Source of the DNA: Chloroflexota bacterium
GTDB lineage: Bacteria > Chloroflexota > UBA11872 > UBA12225 > JAJDUF01
Assembly (NCBI GenBank): GCA_965214295.1
Contig: OZ243944.1
Span: 1,653,395-1,717,394, forward strand
Direction: 5' to 3'
Length of the DNA stretch: 64,000 nt
Shown: positions 19,265 to 27,502 of the stretch, in pieces
Numbering within the stretch: position 1 is the first letter of the stretch
How the letters are laid out: the number at the start of each line of letters is the position of its first letter
The notes under the pieces: model-generated
Seen by the model: the letters and a program-made list of their open reading frames with translations, nothing else
Database searches by the model: none
Told to the model about the DNA's origin: nothing
Position numbers and translations under genes: made by a program

Positions 19265-19440
19265 CAGGGCCTTTCCATTGCCACCACATTGTCACCACTT
19301 CAACAGGCTCAGTGCCGGCTCTGAGCGGAGCGCAGGGTCGCTCCGCCGCGGCTGAGATTCTTCGCTCCGCTCAGAATGGCAGTGGAAAGGCCGCTCAGAA
19401 GGACCGGTTTGGCGGCGACTTTGGAAAGGCCCTCCGTTTC
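19265..19440. repeat. ~165-bp structured intergenic repeat element, copy A (copy B at 60830..60995, ~90% identical)
   Basis: direct comparison of the two loci; contains 13-bp inverted repeat GAGCGGAGCGCAG...CTGCGCTCCGCTC and CTCAGtgccggctCTGAG hairpin. Confidence 0.6.
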
Positions 19441-19700
19441 CCGGTCATTTCCGCGGAGACGGGAATCTATGCTTGTCGCTGGATACCGGGCCCCCTATGC
19501 TCCCCCGCTGTGCAGGGGGACGTGGATTCCCCGCGGGTGCGGGAATGACGGGCCGCAGCGGCCGGCCGCAGCGCAGACGGAGCGTAGGCCAGGCTACCGA
19601 ACCGATCGGGCCGAACAGGCTATGATAAGCAGGGTAAGGCTGGCGCTCGGCCGGTGCCGGCACGAGGACGTCATAGCCGCACTGAGGCGAGGAGGAAACT

Positions 19701-20861
19701 GTGAACCGTAGACAATTCGGCGAGACGACCGTGCGCTTGCTGGCGCTGGCCGGCGCATTCGCGCTGGCAGCCTGCGGGACTGACGAGGTGGGCGGACCAC
19801 CAACGGCGAGCGGCGGGACCGTTTCGGAGAGCACGAGTGCGCCGGCCAGTGCCGCCCCGACGGCGGCCGCGGCCCAACCGACGACGGAGCCGCTCGCCTT
19901 GGCGGATTTTGACCCTAGCGAGATCCTCACGGTCCTGCCGCGCGACGCGATCCCGGCGATTTTCGATCCGGAATTCATGACGGTTGACGAGATTCAGCAG
20001 CGTCAGAGCCTCCAGGACGAGGAGCCGGTGCTGGGCTTCGAGCACAATGGCGAAGCGCATGCCTACTCTGTCCTACAGCTGGACCGCCACGAGATCGTCA
20101 ACGATATCGTCGGCGGCCGGGCTATCGCGGCGACGTGGTGACCGCTCTGCTTCACGGGCATCGTGTATGCTCGCGACATCAACGGTGATCGCTACGAGTT
20201 TGGCGTCTCCGGCAAGCTCTTCCGCAATGTCCTGATTATGTATGACCGGCAGACCAAGTCCCTGTGGAGCCAACTGCTCGGGGCAGCAGTTGACGGGCCG
20301 CTGAAGGGCACCAGACTGGAAATGCTGCCGGCCATCTTTACCACTTGGGGAGTGTGGCGGCGTGAGCATCCTGATGGCATGGTGCTCAAGAAGCTGGAGC
20401 CGAGCCGCCAGACGTATGGCGGGTACTGGCAGTCGCAGGATGCGGGAATCTTGGGCGAGAAGTACCAAGACGAGCGCCTGAAGACCAAGCAGTTCGTGCT
20501 CGGCGTGCGGATCAACGACCAGCCCAAGGCATACCCGTACCTGCGCCTCAGCGAGGAGCCGGTCGTGAATGAGACGTTTGCCGAGACGCCGCTGGTGGTG
20601 GTGTTCGATGATCGGTCGGCCAGCGGGGCGATCTTTGCGCGCACAGTGGCGGGCAAGACCCTCACCTTTAGGTTGGCCGAGCGGACCGAGACGGCACCGC
20701 TCATCACCGATCAAGAGACGGGCACGAAGTGGCATGGCCTCTCCGGTGTGGCCCTCGATGGTCAGCTTGCCGGCCAACGGCTCACCGCGATTCCGGCCAC
20801 GCCCTCCTTCTGGTTTGGCTGGAAGGACCATTTCCCCAACACGGCGGTCTACGGCGAGTAG
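19701..20861 (+). CDS. DUF3179-family lipoprotein with in-frame TGA (20139-20141), the position predicted for the first Cys of a conserved CxxC motif (family motif recalled from memory): candidate selenoprotein (U-P-L-C) or nonsense-disrupted gene
   Basis: GTG start with RBS GGAGGA; lipobox LAAC; ORFs 19701..20141 and 20163..20861 are in the same frame separated by a single TGA; read-through gives ...GGRAIAATW-[TGA]-PLCFTGIVYARD... Confidence 0.5.
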
Positions 20862-21320
20862 AATCGTCCTGCTCCCACTGGGGAGACTTTTTTTAGCCAC
20901 AGAGAACACAGAGTAAGGGTGTCCCCCGGCGGAGCGGGACACTGGCCCCGCTAGGGTCCCTCCGCTTCGCAGGGGGACATAGATTCCCACGTGCGCGGGA
21001 ATGACGAGTGGCGAGGTGCGCCTTTCAGGAGTTGTGTCGTAGCGTGCGGCGAGGATCGCAACGATGGTCGCACGTTGATTATCGCGGGCTGTTGTGCGAT
21101 AATCTCGGCACAGGCAAATACGCTGGCCTGAATCAGCAAGCTGGGAGCCAGCACTGTAGCAATTACCACAGATGAACCGGCGGCATCTTTGTCGGTGAAA
21201 CCCAGTCCCTTGAGCGGCCCGGTGACAGGAAGGGCAGACCGGCATGGACCAAGAAGTTGTCGGTCATATGCCGCAGTGAGATTGTGTGGCCGGCAGTTGC
21301 CTAAGACGAGGCTTGGGAAT

Positions 21321-22169
21321 ATGACTATCTGTCTGGGTGTCCTATGTGCCGATGTGGGCAAGGGATCACAAGCAGTAGTTGTTGCTTCAGACCGCATGGT
21401 AACTTGGAGCGGCCTTGCCGAGTTCGAGCACGGAACCCCAAAGGTTGAAAGCGTAAGTGATCGAGTCGTAGGTTTGATTGCAGGGGATGCCCTTCGCGGT
21501 GCGGAGTTGGTCCGCAGATTGCGGATTGCTGTTCCAGACACATCCCCCTTGGTAGAGAAGGTGGCTAGTGCTGCTGGCGATGTATATGCCGAATGACGCC
21601 GGGAACAACTTGAAAGTGATTTGTTTACGCCTCGTGGTGTCTCCATGAGGGACTTTTATGCAGGATTACAGCAACAGTGGATGCCAAACATAGCACTAGC
21701 AATTGATGAGCGGGTTCAGGATTTCGACTATGGTGTAGAGTTGATGATTGCAGGTGTTGATAGTGCGGGAGCGCACCTTCACATGGTATCCAATCATGGG
21801 GGGAACTATCGTGATTATAGAAAGATCGGCTTTGCGGCAACGGGGAGTGGTGGTATACACGCTATCCAGTCCATTATTGGCTTTGGGCATGATCCTACTT
21901 GTACGCTTCACGAGACATTATTCCGGGTATATGTCTCAAAGCGCCGAGCAGAGGTCGCACCTGGAGTGGGACGGGATACCGATTTGACTGTCATCAGGGC
22001 AGGGGACGGATGCCGCATTAATCTGGACGAAGAAGCACTTGAAGCTCTTGAAAAGCTGCGTGTTGAACACCAAGGGCCAGCAGTCGAGGAAGTAGAAGCG
22101 CGAGTAGCTAAGTTGGCACTGTTCCCGGATGAGACTGATGATGGCAAACAACTTGCAGCTAACGACTAG
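21321..22169 (+). pseudogene. proteasome-beta/HslV/Anbu-like Ntn-hydrolase with in-frame TGA at 21594-21596 (aligns to conserved Trp of HslV DWRTDR)
   Basis: N-terminus MTICLGV...AVVVASDRMVT matches proteasome beta TTIVGV..GVVLAADRR; GSGG (ATGSGGIHA) motif; both halves in same frame; low-GC region. Confidence 0.5.
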
Positions 22170-22467
22170 CGCCGCTCCACCTGAGCATGGCGCCACACGA
22201 CCACGAGTAGTCTACGCTGAACCTTGGCGTTGGCAAATCAAGCAGTGGCAGAACGAGAACAAACTGTTCAAGCTACGTATGGCCATCGCCAGGCGACTGG
22301 GGCGTACCAATCTTCATATCCCGGAACCTGTAGAGCCTCCTGATCCAGGCGAGCGCAAGGACCGGATACAGCCGGCAGGTGGCGAGTAACGCGAGGGCAG
22401 CAGCCGGCGGGCTGCAATCCGCTACACTCGACCTACCGACAAGACCAAGCGCGTTGGAGGTCAGTGC

Positions 22468-23454
22468 ATGCCCCCGTATGATGTCGTCACGTTCGGCGAA
22501 GCGCTCCTGAGGCTGACGCCGCCGAGTTTCCAGCGGATCGAGCAGGCCACCACCTTCCACGGGAGCATCGGTGGCGCCGAGTTGAACACCGCCGTCGGGC
22601 TGGCGCGCCTGGGCATGCGCGTCACCTGGGTCTCCCGCCTGCCGCGCAATCCGCTGGGGCGGCTCATCGCCAACAGCGCCAGGGAGCACGGCGTAGACGT
22701 ATCCCACGTAGTCTGGTCCGATACGGACCGGGCGGGGGTGTATTTCCTGGAGGAAGGCGCGGCCCCGCGGCCGTCGTCGGTGCTCTACGACCGCGCGGAT
22801 TCGGCCTGCGCGCGCCTCAAGCCGGAGGCGCTGGATTGGGACGCGATCCTCGCTGGCACGCAGGTATTCCACGTCACCGGGATTACCCCGGCCTTGAGCG
22901 CCGGCTGTCGCCAGGCAACGTTCGAGGCCATCGAGTCCGCTAAGGCCGCTGGTGCGCTGGTCAGCTTTGATCCCAACTTCCGCAGCAAGCTCTGGAGCAC
23001 CGTGGAAGCCAAGCAGGTGTATCTGGGGATTGCCCCCCAGCTCGATATTCTGTTCTGCTCGCACGAAGGGCTGCGTGATTTCTACGACATCGTGGCCGAC
23101 GACGCAATTAGCGCCGCCCGGCAGGCGCAGGAGCGCTTTGGCCTGCAAGCGGTGGTCATGACGACCCGCGAAGCGCGCGGCGTGCATGACAACACGGTCG
23201 GCAGCATTGTCGTCGCCGACCGGGTGTATCGGGATCGGGAGCGCGAAGTCGAGGTGGTCGAGCGGCTGGGCGCTGGTGATGCATATGCGGCCGGGTTGCT
23301 GTTCGGGCTACTCACTGGCGGCTGGGACAAGGCGGTGGCCTACGGCGGCGCAGCCGGCGCCCTCAAGCACTCGATTCCCGGCGACTTCCCCCTGCTCACC
23401 GAAGAGGAAATCCGCCAGGAGATCGAGGCGCCCTCCGTCCGCATCAGCCGCTAG
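22468..23454 (+). CDS. kdgK: PfkB-family sugar kinase (2-dehydro-3-deoxygluconokinase-like)
   Basis: PfkB family N-term (VVTFGEALLRL) and C-terminal GAGDAYAAG anion-hole motif. Confidence 0.8.
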   Translation: MPPYDVVTFGEALLRLTPPSFQRIEQATTFHGSIGGAELNTAVGLARLGMRVTWVSRLPRNPLGRLIANSAREHGVDVSHVVWSDTDRAGVYFLEEGAAPRPSSVLYDRADSACARLKPEALDWDAILAGTQVFHVTGITPALSAGCRQATFEAIESAKAAGALVSFDPNFRSKLWSTVEAKQVYLGIAPQLDILFCSHEGLRDFYDIVADDAISAARQAQERFGLQAVVMTTREARGVHDNTVGSIVVADRVYRDREREVEVVERLGAGDAYAAGLLFGLLTGGWDKAVAYGGAAGALKHSIPGDFPLLTEEEIRQEIEAPSVRISR

Positions 23455-23459
23455 TCCGG
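23432..23459. repeat. 28-bp direct repeat CCTCCGTCCGCATCAGCCGCTAGTCCGG, left copy (covers last 8 codons + stop of kdgK)
   Basis: identical 28-mer recurs at 25405..25432; intervening 1.9 kb is low-GC. Confidence 0.65.
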
Positions 23460-23519
23460 AATGTGCATGAATGCGGAGAGTGCTAAGATATAGCATCCCC
23501 TGTCCCCATTCCGGATGAG

Positions 23520-25262
23520 TTGGTGATGGAGTTTTTGTACAGTCCTGACGTGTACTCCATGCCCGCCGTCGCATTCATGGTGGCAACCGTAGCACTCTCT
23601 CTGCTACTGCAACTGCGCCGTCGCTACCGTGATAACCTCGCGCTTTATAAGCGAGATAAGAAAGTAGCACTTGTTCTACTGGTGCAAATGCACCGTTACG
23701 ATGTGCTGCTGGTCGGGTTGCTATGCCTGGCCATCCTGGTGTATAGCACGGGTAACCTCTCGCTACAGCCGGCCTACCCTTATGGTGATGGAATACAAAA
23801 CTTGGAGCTGGGAATCCGACTGGCGCAGGAGGGGCGCTACAGTATCTGGGACGTCACCGGGTTTCACGAGCGCGAGCCGTTCGTGCCATTCCTGATTGCA
23901 GCCATCGACCTGACGCGGCGAGTACTCGGGCACGAGCCGGTGCTGCTGGTTTGTGTAGATCCCGACGTGGCAGCCGCACCAGCGTGTCCCCCGACATATC
24001 TGACGTATGCGCCGTACAAAGTCCTGAACGTCGTGTTCCTGCTACTTGCCGGGGTGAGTGCTTTTTTTATTGTGCTGTGGTTCACCAGGGTAAAGTTGCT
24101 GGCGTACGCCGCGTTGCTCCTCACGACGCAGAGCAGGGAGCTATTGTCAAGCGCTGACAGTTTCTACACCGAAGTACCCGCCGCCGGCCTCATGGTGGCA
24201 ACCAGCGTATTTGCTCTGCTGACGATAACGCGGCGCCGCCCGATATACAGCGTGTTGCTGGGGTTGGTGCTCGCCGCGCTCGTGTTGACCAAGACCATTT
24301 TCGCCTATCTGTGGATCTTTATCATCATCACCTTCGTGTTGTTGGACCTATCGAAGAAAAAGCTCGGCCGGTCAACCTTGACTCTCGTCGGGTTTTTCCT
24401 TGTCGCGTACTTCATCCCCCTCGGCGCTTGGATGACGCGCAACTACGCAACGTCCGGAGACTTTTCATTGGTGGCTGAACGACCAGCGGCCGAAGAGTGG
24501 GGTATACGCGCCGCGTATAACGAGATGCGCGACGATGAGTTTTTCGCGGGCTTCTTGTTGTTCTTTCCCGTAACACGTTCGAATATTAACAACTTCTTCC
24601 CAAAAGAATCCTACGAGCGTCTCACGTCGTTTTATTTCGAAGATCTAGGCCGACGGGGTAAATTCTATAGTAGAGAAAGAGAGTTGAATGACGGAAGAGA
24701 CAAGCATATGGAGAAGGTGCCCCCAGGAATGACGTTCAGGCAGTGGAGTATAGACACGCTCGCAAGCGAAATGAGGGCAGAAATGCTTGCCGACCCCTGG
24801 CAGCATTTCAGGGTATCACTGCTGTTGGGCTGGCGCGGTGTGTTTAGGTGTTGTTTTTTTGGGCTTGGGTATGACTTCATGCGAAGTGACCTGCTGCTCG
24901 CCGACACATGGGGATTCACAGACTGGCCATCCTGGAGTTGGAGTCCGTTCGGCCCGGTTTGGAACAGCCTCGTCAGGATCACTACGTTTCTTGCGCTCAT
25001 TGTTGTGCCGTTATGGTTCTGGTTTTCTCAGCGGCGGTTCGAGACGGTGCTCATTGTGCTGCCGGCACTCTATGCACATGGCCTGTATGCCGTGGCGTCA
25101 TCCTTCATTCCCCGCTATGGATTTCCCCTGATCCCACTGCGGATAGTGGCGGCGATGTTGCTCGTGTTCCTGTTGGTGTCCGCGCTGTACCGGCTAGGGA
25201 TGAAGTCGGTTGAGTTCGTTACCGAATACCGGAAGAGATGCGGCAAAAGTAGATGGCAGTAG
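23520..25262 (+). CDS. polytopic membrane protein, possibly GT-C-fold glycosyltransferase (ArnT/PMT-like)
   Basis: many TM helices; ~50% GC vs ~67% flanks; function call from general architecture only. Confidence 0.55.
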   Translation: MVMEFLYSPDVYSMPAVAFMVATVALSLLLQLRRRYRDNLALYKRDKKVALVLLVQMHRYDVLLVGLLCLAILVYSTGNLSLQPAYPYGDGIQNLELGIRLAQEGRYSIWDVTGFHEREPFVPFLIAAIDLTRRVLGHEPVLLVCVDPDVAAAPACPPTYLTYAPYKVLNVVFLLLAGVSAFFIVLWFTRVKLLAYAALLLTTQSRELLSSADSFYTEVPAAGLMVATSVFALLTITRRRPIYSVLLGLVLAALVLTKTIFAYLWIFIIITFVLLDLSKKKLGRSTLTLVGFFLVAYFIPLGAWMTRNYATSGDFSLVAERPAAEEWGIRAAYNEMRDDEFFAGFLLFFPVTRSNINNFFPKESYERLTSFYFEDLGRRGKFYSRERELNDGRDKHMEKVPPGMTFRQWSIDTLASEMRAEMLADPWQHFRVSLLLGWRGVFRCCFFGLGYDFMRSDLLLADTWGFTDWPSWSWSPFGPVWNSLVRITTFLALIVVPLWFWFSQRRFETVLIVLPALYAHGLYAVASSFIPRYGFPLIPLRIVAAMLLVFLLVSALYRLGMKSVEFVTEYRKRCGKSRWQ

Positions 25263-25404
25263 ATTTTGCGGACTTGATGCCTAGCATGAGGGATAGCGCG
25301 CGCGAAAAGGAGAAGAGAGGGGGAAGAGGGCCTTTTGACCAGTGCGAGGCTTGGAACTCTCGCAGATGTAGAGGCGGGAAAAGATGATAGCAGCTTTGGG
25401 TCTA

Positions 25405-25432
25405 CCTCCGTCCGCATCAGCCGCTAGTCCGG
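25405..25432. repeat. 28-bp direct repeat, right copy
   Basis: identical to 23432..23459. Confidence 0.65.
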
Positions 25433-25436
25433 GTGA

Positions 25437-26523
25437 TTAATCGAGCCGGAAAAAGGTGCCGGCGATGTAGCGTACTAGCTCGTGCTCATGCACCGGCTCG
25501 TCGCCGTCCTTGGTCGTGAACCAGTAGGCCGTGAACAGCCGGCCATCCGGCAGCTCGGTGACGACCGGATACCCCAGGTCCCAGCAATACGCGCCATCGC
25601 GGACCACAAACTCCTCGCTCCAGGTCTCCCCTAGATCGTCGCTCACCACCCCCAGAATGCCACGACCCCCGCGCGCCGGATACTCGCGGCGAGCGAACAG
25701 GACCAGAATGCGCCCATCGTGCAGCACCAGGGCACGGGGCGAGCGATACCGGGGGCCGCTGTCGTCTCCAGGTGCCCGGTCGGGGAGTGGGCCGGTGAGG
25801 GGCAGGTTATACGTGCCGGGGCTGACAATCGCGCGCGGCGCCGACCAGCTCATGCCGTCGTCCTCGGAGAAGGCCACGTGGGGCCAGTTTTCGGGGAGCC
25901 GGTGCATGACGCACAACAGCCGGTCATCGGGCAGCCGGTGTACCCCCAAATAGCTGTAGCCATAGAACATATCGGGCGCATGAGCCGCGCGAGCAATCTC
26001 GCTGACGTACTCCCACGACAGGCCGTGGTCGTAGCTGGCATAGAAGCAGGCGACGTTGCGCCGATAGGTGGCTCCCACCATGCCGAGCACACCGTTGTCG
26101 AGCTGCACGTGGCCGAGGTTCGCGCAGAGGAACCCGCCGTCGGGTGCCCACGATGGCCCCTCGATCAGCGTGGCGTGCCGCTCCCAAGTGCGGCCACGAT
26201 CCCGGCTGCGGAGGGAAAAGGACGGGGGATGCTCGCGGCGGCCCAAGTGGAAGTTGATGCCCGGTGGGAGCTGTGGATCGTTCCGCAGCTCCCGACCACC
26301 AAAAGGAAACCTTAGATACTCGCCGTGGCAGAAGCGGCGCTTGGTAATCCACCGGCCCGGCCAGGTAGGCGACGGCAAGCTCGCCGTCGCCGAATTTCCA
26401 GATGCCGCCGCGGTTCGGCGCATACAGGTAGAGATGATCGTCGTAGTGGACGCGGATGTGCTCCACGTCATGCACCTCGACCTTTCGGGTGCCGAGTCTT
26501 CTTCTCGATGAGTGCGTTATCAT
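25437..26523 (-). pseudogene. BNR/Asp-box exo-alpha-sialidase-like glycosidase, apparent frameshift near 26370
   Basis: Asp-boxes SRDRGRTW, SEDDGMSW, SDDLGETW in frame of 25437..26471; protein-like N-terminus (VEVHDVEHIRVHYDDHLYLYAPNRGGIWKFGDGELAVAYL) in the other frame 26370..26523. Confidence 0.55.
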
Positions 26524-26642
26524 CGTGTGCTCCTTTCCCTATGGGGGTGGTCAGCAGCGATCAGCGCTGGGCTGATAACCGGACACGGAATGCACTCATC
26601 GCTTGCGGAGCGGGGCCGGGGAGCGGCTGCCGATAGTGCTGC

Positions 26643-27464
26643 TCACGCCAGGCGTTCGCCGAGCAGACCGCTGATGCCCTCGACAGCGCGCTGTGACGCC
26701 TCCAGTAGCATGACACTATCCAGGCCATAGCTCATGAACGTCGCGCCGCGGTCGGCCCACTTGCGGACGGCCGCGGCACTCCCGACGTGCGGGCCGCCCG
26801 CAATGCCGTTTTGCCGACACGCGGCCAGCATCCGCTTGATAGCCTGCTCCAGGTCGGGGTGGTCCAGCTGGCCAGGGATACCCATGGTGGCCGACAGGTC
26901 ACCGGGGCCGACCAGGATAGCGTCCAGGCCGGGCACGGCTGCGATCTCCTCGACGTTCTCGATGCCTTGGGCGCTCTCCACCTTTACCGCCACCAGTAAC
27001 TCACGGTTCTGCGCCTCGATCCAGGCAGCCGCGTCGGGATGCTCGAAGCCGGTATGTGTACCTACGGTGATCAGCCCGCGCGTACCGGCGGGCGCGTAGC
27101 GACAGGCGTTGACCACCAGCTCCGTTTCCGCGCGGGTGCTTACGTGGGGGGCAATCACGCCCATCGCTCCATTGTCCAAGGTCCGGGAGATCAGGAAATC
27201 GGCGATACCGCTCGGCCCGGCCAGCGGCACCGTACCGGCGAGCTTTGCTGCGGTGCAGAGCGGGGCCACATCCTCCATCGTGAGACCGGAGTGCTCCATA
27301 TCGAAGTAGAGGAAGCTGAACCCGGCTTGGCCGGCGATCTGCGCCACCGCCGGGCAAGGAAAGGTGATACTGAGCACCCCGACACAGACTCGACCCGCGC
27401 GGAGGGCGCGGGTGACCGGATTGACCCAAGGGCTGATCGGTTGGCGCTGCGAACGTTCGCTCAT
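26643..27464 (-). CDS. HpcH/HpaI-family 2-keto-3-deoxy-acid aldolase
   Basis: HpcH aldolase family similarity; RBS GGAGAGGAG 7 nt upstream of ATG 27464. Confidence 0.8.
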   Translation of the reverse strand: MSERSQRQPISPWVNPVTRALRAGRVCVGVLSITFPCPAVAQIAGQAGFSFLYFDMEHSGLTMEDVAPLCTAAKLAGTVPLAGPSGIADFLISRTLDNGAMGVIAPHVSTRAETELVVNACRYAPAGTRGLITVGTHTGFEHPDAAAWIEAQNRELLVAVKVESAQGIENVEEIAAVPGLDAILVGPGDLSATMGIPGQLDHPDLEQAIKRMLAACRQNGIAGGPHVGSAAAVRKWADRGATFMSYGLDSVMLLEASQRAVEGISGLLGERLA

Positions 27465-27502
27465 TGGATGCTCCTCTCCGCAGCTCGGTAAGCTGGCCGG
27501 CG

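Noticed and set aside
20073-21245. 390-aa ORF antisense to the DUF3179 gene
   Set aside because: It fully overlaps a gene with clear family motifs on the other strand. It is Arg/Ala/Pro-rich with no RBS. Such antisense ORFs are common in high-GC DNA.
20139-21596. Global UGA reassignment (UGA=Trp/Gly) as explanation for the two in-frame TGAs
   Set aside because: Numerous confidently called genes in the window terminate with TGA (e.g. first gene at 585-587, ispH at 12955-12957, the HTH-ImmA gene). Any recoding therefore has to be local (Sec/read-through) or the genes are disrupted.
22129-22389. 86-aa ORF overlapping the 3' end of the proteasome-like gene
   Set aside because: Protein-like composition but no RBS or homology evidence, and it starts inside another gene. 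Left uncalled.
22273-23187. 304-aa ORF antisense to kdgK
   Set aside because: Same reasoning as the ORF antisense to the DUF3179 gene: the PfkB kinase on the plus strand has clear family motifs.
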